A DNA stretch of 64,000 nt, taken from contig JACKAQ010000002.1 in NCBI GenBank assembly GCA_020634975.1, forward strand, positions 93,456 through 157,455. Reading direction: 5' to 3'. Shown here piece by piece: positions 28,307 to 37,761 of this stretch. The position numbers and the translations under genes are program-made. The stretch comes from Calditrichia bacterium. GTDB taxonomy: Bacteria > Calditrichota > Calditrichia > RBG-13-44-9 > J075. Within the stretch, counting starts at the first letter, position 1. Each line of letters begins with the position of its first letter. The notes beneath the pieces are model-generated. The model was not told the DNA's origin, ran no database searches, and was given only the letters and a program-made list of their open reading frames with translations.

Positions 28307-30502
28307 TTAATTGTTTAAAAACAATACGTTATAATTTCCATTCCAACGGAAATTTTTTCCGTCAAATGAGACAGTTATTTCTTTATCCGTGGGTGTGCCG
28401 TTATTCACCATCACTTGCCAGCGGCGTCCGGATTTTGCGGCAATTTCGATGACGCTGGCGGACTCGTTGTGCCCGATTACCGACACCGAAACGATGGGAG
28501 AGCGGGCATCGCGGGAAATTTCTGCGGCTTCGTTGAAATAGCCATGCGGAACGATCACGCTGGCGAACAGTTGGTCCGTGGCGTTTCCGCGCAACATGAC
28601 AACCTGTTCAGAGCGCAGGTTAAAATCGGGATCGTTGGCGCCGGTTCTGCCCAAAATGAGTTGCATTTCCGGCGAATTTGCCGCAACCAACGAATAGTAT
28701 CGCTGTCCGTCCACCCAGGTAAATTGCAGCGGTTCGCTGACCGCGCCTTCGGCAATTTTCCAGATGTGCTGGTAACCGGCATCGTCGCCCAACGGCTGCA
28801 ATTGTGTGAGATTGGTGTTCAGCGGAACGTTGGTTACCACCATTTGTCCGTTGAAATACACCGGATAATCATATTGATGCGGTGTGTCGCTGGTGAGCCG
28901 GAACAGGTCGATTACCATTGGATAATCCAGTTGATCGTCCTTTAGCAAAACCTGGGTGCGCTGCATGTTCACGCCTTGGTACTGGCTGTTTGCCCGGGCG
29001 CTCATGGCTTGCACGTTGCCGCTGTTCCCATCAAAAAAGTGGCGTTCCGCCCAACGATCATCCGCCTCTCTGCGGGAAAAATTGTGCTGGGTTTTTTCGT
29101 CCACAACCACCGTATTGTGCGCGATGGTTTGTTTGGCAAATGTATCATTTTCTTTGGTGTAGCGACCACCATATTTCGGCTCCATGTTGATCCAGCGGGA
29201 AAAGCCGTAATCCGGCACCACTTCGCGATGCTGGTCATAAAAAATAAACTGCAGTTTGTCGAAATGTCCGTGTCCGTCGCCCTGAACGCCGTATTTCATC
29301 AGCAACATGGTTTGGTCGGGACCGCTGCCGTATCGCAGGATGCCCAAACCGCCGCGCTCACCGTCAAAACCGTCGGTAAATTCCACGCTTTTCCAGTTGA
29401 GATCGGGAACGTTGCTGCCGTCGCCGAAGGCTTTCGCGACAGCCAGTCCGGCGCCGTTCAGCATCACCTGATCCTGAATGGCGGCGATGGCCAGCAAATT
29501 GTCGTTCGCGCCGTAGCGAAGGAATGTCAGGTCATTTGCCACCACCGGACCGATATCAGCAATACTCATGGTTTTGGAGGCGTCGTTAATCGGCGGGAAA
29601 ACACCGTTGGGGAAAATCGTTTCTGCGAGCGAATAATAGGCTTTTTTGAGGATCGCATCGCGATGTTCATAAATTTTTCGTTGCGGCTCGATACGTTCAA
29701 TTGCATCGGCAAACAGGAAAAACGGGCGCACCGCATAGCGGCTGTAATACGGTCCTTCCATATAATATCCGTCCGGCGAGAACAGCAAATCCATCTGTTT
29801 CAGGAACCCGCCCTTGCCGTCCTTTTTGGTGCCGTACAGGCATTTTTCGATCCACTCCGGCTGGTCGAGCACATACGCCATCATCCCGACCGCCGCAACT
29901 GCCCATGTCCCGTGATTGTGTATTCTATCAAATTCTTCGTGGTGCTCGACGGCAAATAATTCCATCATTTTGAGAAAAATATTTGCTTCATATTTGGCGC
30001 GATCGGGCGGTTTCAGCCAATCGTAAACACAGTCATATGCGATGGCAACGTGGGTGAGCCACACTTCTTCATTGAGCGTCTGGTGGAATAATTTGCCCGG
30101 TTTTTGTTTGAACGAGCGTGGATGTGGACCCAAAGTGGGATACAGTTCCGCATAGCCGTCCAACATTTTTTTGATGAATTGTGCATATTTTTCCTCACCG
30201 GTGATGGCAAACAGTAGTCCGGCTCGATGCATTTCGCGATAATTTTGTTTGTGGCGTTCGTGGGAATATCCGCCGGCCTCGCCGGGCGCTGGCAGCTCGA
30301 TCGGCTTGTTCAGCGCATTTTCGACAGTTTCGCGGTAACCGGCGATCGTTTTGTCCAACAGTGGGTATTTGCCCATCGCAGCTTTAATTTGCTGCGCTTC
30401 AGCTTTGGAAATTGCAATTGAGGGATGTTCACGGGCGATAATCGTGCCGCAAAAGATAACCAGCGCAACCAAAACACTCAAAAAAGAATGATTAACCTTC
30501 AC
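28307..30502 (-). CDS. PL17-like oligo-alginate lyase / heparinase II/III family protein
   Basis: 731 aa with a signal peptide. GGYSHERHKQNY, RIHNHGTWAV, DGYYMEGPYYSRYA and GDGHGHFDKLQF blocks are as I recall for Alg17C-type exolytic lyases (N-terminal alpha/alpha toroid plus C-terminal heparinase II/III sandwich). Confidence 0.75.
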   Translation of the reverse strand: MKVNHSFLSVLVALVIFCGTIIAREHPSIAISKAEAQQIKAAMGKYPLLDKTIAGYRETVENALNKPIELPAPGEAGGYSHERHKQNYREMHRAGLLFAITGEEKYAQFIKKMLDGYAELYPTLGPHPRSFKQKPGKLFHQTLNEEVWLTHVAIAYDCVYDWLKPPDRAKYEANIFLKMMELFAVEHHEEFDRIHNHGTWAVAAVGMMAYVLDQPEWIEKCLYGTKKDGKGGFLKQMDLLFSPDGYYMEGPYYSRYAVRPFFLFADAIERIEPQRKIYEHRDAILKKAYYSLAETIFPNGVFPPINDASKTMSIADIGPVVANDLTFLRYGANDNLLAIAAIQDQVMLNGAGLAVAKAFGDGSNVPDLNWKSVEFTDGFDGERGGLGILRYGSGPDQTMLLMKYGVQGDGHGHFDKLQFIFYDQHREVVPDYGFSRWINMEPKYGGRYTKENDTFAKQTIAHNTVVVDEKTQHNFSRREADDRWAERHFFDGNSGNVQAMSARANSQYQGVNMQRTQVLLKDDQLDYPMVIDLFRLTSDTPHQYDYPVYFNGQMVVTNVPLNTNLTQLQPLGDDAGYQHIWKIAEGAVSEPLQFTWVDGQRYYSLVAANSPEMQLILGRTGANDPDFNLRSEQVVMLRGNATDQLFASVIVPHGYFNEAAEISRDARSPIVSVSVIGHNESASVIEIAAKSGRRWQVMVNNGTPTDKEITVSFDGKNFRWNGNYNVLFLNN

Positions 30503-30543
30503 AGTTGGACCTCTGTGTTTTTATTGATGTTACATTCGAATTA

Positions 30544-31380
30544 TTACCGGAGCATCTCCATCGTTACCGGATCCATATCGGTGTAATCGCGGTTTTCGCC
30601 GCCCATTGCCCAAATAAATGTGTAGTTGCTCGTGCCGCTGCCGGCGTGGATTGACCAGCCGGGCGAAAACACTGCTTGCTCGTTGCGAACCACCAAATGG
30701 CGCGTTTCGTCCGGTTTGCCCATCAGGTGCAGCACAACCGCATTTTCCGGTAAATTGAAATAGAAATACACTTCCGTGCGGCGCATGTGTTTGTGGGCGG
30801 GCATGGTGTTCCAGTTGCTGCCTTCCGCCATTTCCGTAAAGCCCATCACCAATTGCGAGCTGTTAATGCCACCGTTGAAAATGTATTTGTAGATCGTGCG
30901 TTTGTTGCATTCTGCATCGCTGCCGAGATGCAGCGGTTCCGCATCTTTCACCTTTGCGTGGGTTGTGGGATAAGCGGCATGCGCCGGATAGCTGATCAGA
31001 TAAAATTTTGCCGGTGAATTCGAATCGTTGCTGGAAAAAACTACATCTTTGCTGCCTTTGCCGATATACAGCGCATCGCGGAACGACAGTTCGTGCGCGG
31101 CTCCGTCAACCGTTATTTTGCCGGGCGCACCAACATTCATTATCCCGATTTCACGCCGTTCGGTAAAGTATTCTGCCCTCAACTCCGCAGGGGATGCCAG
31201 TTTCAGCGATTTTTCCACCGGCATTACGCCACCCAAAACCGTTCGTTCATCGTCCACATAGTTGAGCACGATCGAATCCGGTCGAAAAATGGTTTCGAAC
31301 AAAAAACTGTCACGCAGTTCTTTGCTGTTCATTCGTTCGGTTTGTTTTGAACAGGGAATTTCCCGAAATGTCATATCCAT
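30544..31380 (-). CDS. kduI: 5-dehydro-4-deoxy-D-glucuronate isomerase
   Basis: Collinear with E. coli KduI: RELGIMNVG, TVDG...ALYIGKG, PAKFYL, YPAHAAYPT, NWNTMPAHKHMRRTEVYFYF, GKPDETRHLVVRNEQAVFSPGWSIHAG, YTFIWAMGGEN. Start set at ATG 31380 (MDMTF) behind GAGAGGA, not the upstream TTG. Confidence 0.9.
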   Translation of the reverse strand: MDMTFREIPCSKQTERMNSKELRDSFLFETIFRPDSIVLNYVDDERTVLGGVMPVEKSLKLASPAELRAEYFTERREIGIMNVGAPGKITVDGAAHELSFRDALYIGKGSKDVVFSSNDSNSPAKFYLISYPAHAAYPTTHAKVKDAEPLHLGSDAECNKRTIYKYIFNGGINSSQLVMGFTEMAEGSNWNTMPAHKHMRRTEVYFYFNLPENAVVLHLMGKPDETRHLVVRNEQAVFSPGWSIHAGSGTSNYTFIWAMGGENRDYTDMDPVTMEMLR

Positions 31381-31425
31381 TACAAATCCTCTCAAATCAT
31401 GTTATATCATATCTTTTTACACTGA

Positions 31426-31448
31426 TGTATTACGTAAGATGTCATACA
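31426..31448 (-). promoter_or_regulatory. candidate GntR/FadR operator upstream of kduI
   Basis: 23-bp imperfect palindrome TGTATTACGTAAGATGTCATACA (8 of 11 symmetric pairs), 46-68 nt upstream of the kduI ATG. Shares the 10-mer ATGTCATACA (as reverse complement) with the site at 32268-32290. Confidence 0.35.
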
Positions 31449-31500
31449 CATTTTTTTTGAAAAAAAAGTCCTGATTACGAAATGGAAAATTTTCAGAAAA

Positions 31501-32247
31501 TCAGGATTTTAACAGGCGTTCAGCTTTGAGTGCTTCAATGAGTAAACGGGTATCTTCCATGGCAACTTCGAGGTGCGATTTCATCGCTTCGTAAGCGCCG
31601 TTTTCGTTGCCGGCTTTAATTTCTTCGAAGATATTTCTGTGATAATTCAACGCGTTGTGAATAATGTTGTGGCGAACCTTGTCCACAATCATCGATTTGA
31701 TTTTGGGCATCAAATTGAAAAGGGGCGTGGTCAGCAAACTGATCAGCGGATTGCCGGTTGCGTCTGCAATCGTTTTGTGAAACTCGAGATCCAATTGGGC
31801 ATGGCGTTCTGCGCTGATGTTGGCTTTCGAATATTCTTCGAGGTTAATTTCAAGATTTTCAATATCTTCCGAAGTATGATGGAGCGCAGCGAGGCGTGCG
31901 TTGTGCGGCTCGATTATCTGACGAAGCTCAACGAGGTGCAGCGCGTAATCTTCATCAAAATTGATTTCCAGATACAAACTCATGTTTTTGCTGGCGTCCA
32001 GCTCTGAAAAATTGTTTACATAAATGCCGCTTCCTTTGCGAATGGAAACCAACCCTTTGGCGCTCAACACCTGCATGGCTTCGCGCAGGGCAGTACGGCT
32101 GACGCCGAACATTTCACCGAGTTCTTTTTCAGTGGGTAATTTCTGCCCGGGCATCAGTTTTTTGTTGAGAATGTTCTCTTCAATTGTGCGAACAACTTCC
32201 TGGCTAAGTGTGCGCGGGCTACCGATGGTCTTGAAAATGTCGTTCAA
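31501..32247 (-). CDS. GntR/FadR-family transcriptional regulator
   Basis: 248 aa. N-terminal winged helix PGQKLPTEKELGEMFGVSRTALREAMQVLSAKGLVSIRKGSGIYV, plus an all-helical FCD-type C-terminal domain. Confidence 0.85.
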   Translation of the reverse strand: MNDIFKTIGSPRTLSQEVVRTIEENILNKKLMPGQKLPTEKELGEMFGVSRTALREAMQVLSAKGLVSIRKGSGIYVNNFSELDASKNMSLYLEINFDEDYALHLVELRQIIEPHNARLAALHHTSEDIENLEINLEEYSKANISAERHAQLDLEFHKTIADATGNPLISLLTTPLFNLMPKIKSMIVDKVRHNIIHNALNYHRNIFEEIKAGNENGAYEAMKSHLEVAMEDTRLLIEALKAERLLKS

Positions 32248-32267
32248 TTTCTATGTCCTTATAAATT

Positions 32268-32290
32268 TGTATGACATATTACATGTTACA
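32268..32290 (-). promoter_or_regulatory. candidate GntR/FadR autoregulatory operator
   Basis: TGTATGACATATTACATGTTACA has the same 23-bp TGTA...TACA frame and sits 21-43 nt upstream of the regulator ATG. A related ATGTTACA also occurs at 30526-30533, upstream of the PL17-like gene. Confidence 0.35.
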
Positions 32291-32517
32291 ATTTTTAAAA
32301 TCAAGTTTTTTGTGCGAAAAAATCGGGATTTTATTTTTCACACAAAAAACCACTCAACTTCGAATTCAGAAATTAGCAAAGTTTGTTGCAGAAAATTTGG
32401 TTAAAATAGCGGCTTCCGGGTTGTTTTTTCGGTGAATTTTCGCTAACATGATGGGGAAATATAACACTAAAATTTGTCGTTGAAGCATTGCGATTTCGAC
32501 AAAAACAGGAGAATTAA

Positions 32518-33327
32518 ATGCCGGTTTACCTGCAATATTATTTTTGGCTGATTGCGGTTTCGTTGTTTTGCTTTGCCATTGAGCGGCTATCACCGTGGCG
32601 AAAAAATCAGCCGGTTTTGCGCGAAGGCATTTGGCAGGATTTGTTCTGGCTGATTTTCAACGGACATTATTTGGGGTTGCTTCTGGCGATTGTCACCGGA
32701 AAAGTGGTTGCCGTTTTCAACACCTTTTTGTTCAACGCCGGGCTGCCGGTTCCGGAATCGCTGGCGCTGTTATCCGATTATCCGCTGTGGGCGCAATTCA
32801 TTATTTTTTTTATACTTAAAGATTTTATTGAGTGGAATATTCACCGGATGCTGCACACCGTTCCGTGGCTGTGGGAATTTCACAAATTGCATCACAGCAT
32901 CGAGGAAATGGACTGGATTGGCAATTTCCGGTTCCATTGGGGCGAGGTGGTGGTTTACAAAACGCTGTCGTATTTGCCGCTGGTAATTTTGGGAGTGGAC
33001 GGAACGGTAATCCTGATCATCGCGATCATCGGGACGCTGATGCAGGATTTGAATCACGCCAATTTGCCAATCGACTGGGGACCATTTAAATATGTGTTCA
33101 ACTCGCCGAAAATGCATATTTGGCATCACGATGTTGAAACGTATGGCAAAGGCGGGCAAAATTTTGGCATCGTTTTGAGCATTTGGGACTGGCTGTTTAA
33201 AACCGCGTACTGGCCAAAAGACCGGGAAGAACCGGAAAAACTGGGTTTCAAAGGCATCGATAATTATCCGAAAACGCTGCTGAAACGCATTGTTTATCCG
33301 CTGCGCATCGGGAAATCCGACAAATAA
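32518..33327 (+). CDS. fatty acid hydroxylase / sterol desaturase superfamily membrane protein
   Basis: 269 aa. Histidine boxes HRMLH, HKLHH and HIWHH within hydrophobic segments. Confidence 0.75.
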   Translation: MPVYLQYYFWLIAVSLFCFAIERLSPWRKNQPVLREGIWQDLFWLIFNGHYLGLLLAIVTGKVVAVFNTFLFNAGLPVPESLALLSDYPLWAQFIIFFILKDFIEWNIHRMLHTVPWLWEFHKLHHSIEEMDWIGNFRFHWGEVVVYKTLSYLPLVILGVDGTVILIIAIIGTLMQDLNHANLPIDWGPFKYVFNSPKMHIWHHDVETYGKGGQNFGIVLSIWDWLFKTAYWPKDREEPEKLGFKGIDNYPKTLLKRIVYPLRIGKSDK

Positions 33328-33398
33328 TAGCTATCGTTCAAAGTTAAAATTCATTAGCATAAGCATCTGTTTTTAAAATATTTGAGAAGGGACGAGAA

Positions 33399-35603
33399 TT
33401 GAATCGGAAACCGTTTTTTTTCACTCTTTTCCTGTTACTCTCCGCTATTTCTATAAATGGTTTTTCCCAGCATTCTGTTTCACGAAAATGGAACGAGGTG
33501 TTGCTCGAAGCGATTCGAAATGATTACGCCCGCCCGACGGTTCATGCCCGCAATTTATTTCACACAGCAATTGCAATGTACGATGCATGGGCAGCATACG
33601 ACGAAACAGCAGAAACCTATCTTTTGGGGAAAACACACGGTAATTTTTTTGCTGCATTTGATCCACCGCAAACTCCCACAGATGTAAAAAGCGCCCGCGA
33701 AACGGCTATCAGCTATGCCTGCTATCGGTTGCTGAAACATCGTTTTTCCGATACGCCCGGTGCGAGCGTTTCCATGGCGTTGGCAGATTCGCTCTTTAAC
33801 GCATTGGGCAACGATCCGGCAATAATTTCTATCGATTACAGTGACGGAAACCCGGCGCATTTTGGCAATTTTATTGCAGATCGGATAATTCAGTTCGGTT
33901 TTCAGGATGGTTCAAATGAACAAAACGGATATGAAAATCAATATTACGTGCCGGTAAATCCGCCGTTGGTGCCAATTGTGCCGGGCAATCCGGATATCAT
34001 TTTCCCCAATCGTTGGCAACCGTTAACACTGGATGTATTTATCGATCAAGCCGGTAACGTGATCCCGTTGAGCACACCCACATTTTTGAGCCCCGAATGG
34101 GGAAATGTAATGCCTTTTGCGATGGAAAATAATGTGCGAAACATTTATAATCGCGATGGTAACGATTTTTGGGTATATCACGATCCCGGCGCTCCGCCCT
34201 ATCTCGATCGAGTAAATGGCGGCGGAACGAGCGCGGAATATCAGTGGGGATTTTCGTTGGTGGCTATCTGGTCGTCGCAGCTCGATCCGGCTGATGGCGT
34301 GATGTGGGATATTTCACCCGGTTCGATCGGGAACATTCAGAAACTACCGGAAACCATTGAGGAATATCGCGATTTTTACAATTTGTTAGATGGCGGTGAT
34401 ACCGGTATTGGGCATGCTGTAAACCCATACACTGGTCAGCCGTACGCACCGCAAATCGTGCCTCGCGCGGATTATGCACGGGTATTGGCAGAATTTTGGG
34501 CAGATGGTCCAGATTCCGAAACACCGCCCGGTCACTGGTTTACCATTTTGAATTATGTTAACGATCACCCGCTTTTCCAGAAGCGCTATCGCGGAAAAGG
34601 AGCGGTTCTCGACGATCTGGAATGGGATGTGAAAGCCTATTTTACCCTCGCCGGTGCCGTTCACGATGCGGCGGTCAGCGCATGGGGCATTAAAGGATGG
34701 TATGATTATTTGCGCCCCATTTCCGCAATCCGAATGATGGCCGATTTGGGACAAAGCACAGATCAAACCTTGCCAAACTACGCACCCGGCGGTATTCCAT
34801 TGGTTGAAGGATTGGTTGAAGTTATCGCCGCAGGCGATCCGCTCGCCGGATTTAATAACGTAAATGTTGGTAAAATAAAATTGTTCGCATGGCGCGGCCC
34901 GGATTTTATCGCAAATCCTGAAACCGATGTTGCCGGCGTCGGTTGGATTCTCGCCGAAAATTGGTGGCCGTATCAACGCCCGACATTCGTGACACCACCG
35001 TTTGCCGGATTTATTTCCGGGCACTCAACCTTCTCCCGCGCTGCTGCGGAAGTCATGACCTTGCTCACCGGCGATCCCTTTTTTCCCGGCGGAATGGGCG
35101 AATTTCATGCGCCGCAAAATGAATTTCTGGTGTTCGAGGAAGGTCCGAGTGTAGACGTTACGTTGCAATGGGCAACCTACCGCGATGCATCGGATCAAAC
35201 CAGTTTATCGCGGATTTGGGGCGGCATTCACCCCCCGGCGGATGATATTCCCGGTCGCTTGATCGGTGAAAAACTCGGCATCGCCGCATTTGAAAAAGCC
35301 GAGCGTTACTTCACCGGTTTGATTGACGGCGACGCGCCACCGGCAAATGTAATCGTAAAAGTTTATCCGAATCCCTGCGTAAAAGGCGAATTGCTGACTG
35401 TTGATTTAAACCAGCTAACCGATGGCATCAGCGTCGAAATTTACAATATTCTGGGTCAGCGAATCCAGTTTAGCACATTGCTGCCAAATCTATCTTTACA
35501 GCAAATTGAACTGGATGGCAACGCCTTGTCTTCCGGCGTATATTTTTTGCGAATTAAAGGCACCGGTTGGGAATCAACCCAAAAATTGCTGATGTTGAGA
35601 TAA
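33399..35603 (+). CDS. secreted PAP2-superfamily vanadium-haloperoxidase-like protein with T9SS CTD
   Basis: 734 aa, TTG start, signal peptide. All three PAP2 motifs are intact: KGWYDYLRP (K-x6-R-P), SGHSTF (S-G-H) and SRIWGGIHPPADD (S-R-x5-H-x3-D). CTD: VYPNPCVKG...GVYFLRI...QKLLMLR. Confidence 0.7.
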   Translation: MNRKPFFFTLFLLLSAISINGFSQHSVSRKWNEVLLEAIRNDYARPTVHARNLFHTAIAMYDAWAAYDETAETYLLGKTHGNFFAAFDPPQTPTDVKSARETAISYACYRLLKHRFSDTPGASVSMALADSLFNALGNDPAIISIDYSDGNPAHFGNFIADRIIQFGFQDGSNEQNGYENQYYVPVNPPLVPIVPGNPDIIFPNRWQPLTLDVFIDQAGNVIPLSTPTFLSPEWGNVMPFAMENNVRNIYNRDGNDFWVYHDPGAPPYLDRVNGGGTSAEYQWGFSLVAIWSSQLDPADGVMWDISPGSIGNIQKLPETIEEYRDFYNLLDGGDTGIGHAVNPYTGQPYAPQIVPRADYARVLAEFWADGPDSETPPGHWFTILNYVNDHPLFQKRYRGKGAVLDDLEWDVKAYFTLAGAVHDAAVSAWGIKGWYDYLRPISAIRMMADLGQSTDQTLPNYAPGGIPLVEGLVEVIAAGDPLAGFNNVNVGKIKLFAWRGPDFIANPETDVAGVGWILAENWWPYQRPTFVTPPFAGFISGHSTFSRAAAEVMTLLTGDPFFPGGMGEFHAPQNEFLVFEEGPSVDVTLQWATYRDASDQTSLSRIWGGIHPPADDIPGRLIGEKLGIAAFEKAERYFTGLIDGDAPPANVIVKVYPNPCVKGELLTVDLNQLTDGISVEIYNILGQRIQFSTLLPNLSLQQIELDGNALSSGVYFLRIKGTGWESTQKLLMLR

Positions 35604-35618
35604 TTTGTTTTTTTCAAA

Positions 35619-35652
35619 AGCGCTGTTTTGCCAATGTGCACAGCGCTTTTTG
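35619..35652 (+). terminator. rho-independent terminator
   Basis: agcgctgt-N13-acagcgct followed by TTTTT, immediately after the stop at 35603. Confidence 0.6.
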
Positions 35653-35814
35653 TATTGCTCGAGTGCCAAAAAGTATTGGTTTTGCAACGCATTTCTCCAA
35701 AGCAACTTGCTCCCCTTAAACTTCTAATAATTCTATCAATTATCGAGATAATCTGTCGATTTGTATCATTGTATGTTTGTGAAATTTTTAAATTAAAAGT
35801 TTTGGAGATTAAAT

Positions 35815-37488
35815 ATGAAATGGAGCATTCGCTCAAAAATGCTTTTAAGCCTTGGATCAATCGGATTGATGCTGGTGGTCCAATTGATTATCAACAGAAA
35901 CATGACAGAAAATAGTATCGGGCAAATGAACACCGCCCGAGACAAAGGGTTTGCCGGCGCATTATTGGCATCCAGTATCCAATTGGATGTGGTTCAGGTA
36001 CAGCAATGGCTAACGGATATCAGCGCAACACGCGCAGCAGAAGGTTTTGATGATGGTTTTGATGAAGCCGAGCAATATGCCAAATCGTTCCGGAAGGACC
36101 TCGACAAATTGATGGCGATTTATCCAGAAAACCGTGCTGAATATGTCGAATTAGGCGAATCGTTTGAGAGGTTCTATGAAAATGGGAAAAAAATGGCGGA
36201 TGAGTATATTGCGGGTGGACCGGAGCTTGGCAATATTGCAATGGGTGAGTTCGACGCGTTTGCAGAGGATTTGGGTAATCGGATTGAAGTGCTGGTAGTG
36301 GAGATGAATCAAAATTCGGACAAATCAATCTCAACCGCGATTTCGGATGCTAAATCCAATGAATATATCAGTTTATTGTTCGCTTTTGCGATATTGGTAG
36401 CCACATTAGTGGTATCATTTGCGATGTCCGGGAATATCAGCAAACGAGTTAACCAATTGCTGGGTGCTGCCAAAAATGTAGCGGACGGCGATTTAACAAC
36501 CGCTATCGAAATTAATTCCACCGATGAATTGGGAGAACTTGCCGGCGCGTTGAAACAAATGGTTGAAAAGCTGAACGAGGTTGTTGGCAATGTTCAAGAT
36601 GTGGGCAGCAAAGTGCAATCCAACAGCCAGCAGGTGAGCGCTTCCGCAGAAAGTATTTCGACCGGAGCAACGGAGCAGGCTGCCACTGCCGAAGAAGTTT
36701 CTTCATCGATGGAAGAAATTGCCGCAAATATCCAGCAAAACGCAGATAATGCACAGCAAACCGAAAAAATCGCTGTGCAAACATCTCAAGAAGCCAAAAA
36801 AAGCGTTGGTGAAGTGCTTTCAACGGTAAAAGCGATGCAGCAAATTGCCGAAAAAATTTCGGTGGTTGAAGAAATTTCCCGCCAAACCAACTTGCTGGCA
36901 CTCAACGCGGCAATCGAAGCGGCGCGTGCCGGTGAACATGGAAAAGGTTTTGCGGTTGTTGCTGCAGAAGTTCGGAAATTAGCCGAAAGAAGCCAGGTTG
37001 CCGCTGTGGAAATCGGCGAGTTGTCCGCATCCAGTGTAAAAATTGCGGAAAAAGCCGGCGGCATGCTCAAAAAAATCCTGCCGGATATTCAGCGAACCGC
37101 AGAATTGGTGCAGGAAATCAGCATCGCGAGCAGTGAGCAGGGCTTGGGCGTCGATCAGATCAACACGGCGTTTCAACAGTTGGATCAGGTCATTCAGCAG
37201 AATGCCGCATCGTCGGAACAACTGTCGTCAATGGCGGAAGAATTATACACTGAATCGGATCAATTGAGCCAGGTTATTTCATTTTTCAAAGTTGACCGGA
37301 ATGCAGTTATGCATACGAAATTTACCCCGCGAAATTCTCGATCTGCTCAACCGCCGGTTACCGAAAAGAAAAGCTTACTGCCCGAAAAATTCAAAAATAA
37401 AGTAGCTGCGTTAATGCCGCCATCCGGCTCTGCCAAACAGAAATCGGAAACCATCGCTTCCGAAATTGACGATATGGAAGAATTATAA
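35815..37488 (+). CDS. methyl-accepting chemotaxis protein
   Basis: 557 aa with two TM segments and a HAMP region ([26 protein letters not shown]). Conserved signalling hairpin [41 protein letters not shown]. Confidence 0.85.
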   Translation: MKWSIRSKMLLSLGSIGLMLVVQLIINRNMTENSIGQMNTARDKGFAGALLASSIQLDVVQVQQWLTDISATRAAEGFDDGFDEAEQYAKSFRKDLDKLMAIYPENRAEYVELGESFERFYENGKKMADEYIAGGPELGNIAMGEFDAFAEDLGNRIEVLVVEMNQNSDKSISTAISDAKSNEYISLLFAFAILVATLVVSFAMSGNISKRVNQLLGAAKNVADGDLTTAIEINSTDELGELAGALKQMVEKLNEVVGNVQDVGSKVQSNSQQVSASAESISTGATEQAATAEEVSSSMEEIAANIQQNADNAQQTEKIAVQTSQEAKKSVGEVLSTVKAMQQIAEKISVVEEISRQTNLLALNAAIEAARAGEHGKGFAVVAAEVRKLAERSQVAAVEIGELSASSVKIAEKAGGMLKKILPDIQRTAELVQEISIASSEQGLGVDQINTAFQQLDQVIQQNAASSEQLSSMAEELYTESDQLSQVISFFKVDRNAVMHTKFTPRNSRSAQPPVTEKKSLLPEKFKNKVAALMPPSGSAKQKSETIASEIDDMEEL

Positions 37489-37510
37489 CTGGATGTCACA
37501 TCTGTTTTTT

Positions 37511-37536
37511 GGGGCGGGTTTTCCCGCCCTTTTTTA
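37511..37536 (+). terminator. rho-independent terminator
   Basis: gggcggg-tttt-cccgccc followed by TTTTTT. Confidence 0.7.
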
Positions 37537-37761
37537 TTTACCCACCAGAGAATTCGATCGCAAGTAGATGTATCCGACCACAACAATTCACTTCAATTCT
37601 TCGAAAAAACTTGCCATATCAACTCCATTTGAGGATATTATCCACCGTTAAAACTATTTGTAAATTGCAAAAAATATTGAGCAATCGGCTTTGCTTCCAG
37701 CCGTTTTTGCAATTAAACCGGAAACATTGAATCCATCTCATAAAAACACAGGAATTTGATA

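Noticed and set aside
32320-32345. AT-rich inverted repeat tttttgtg...cacaaaaa between the GntR gene and the hydroxylase gene, considered as a terminator or operator
   Set aside because: The stem is almost pure A/T and the loop is long, so the stability would be negligible. It has no supporting context.
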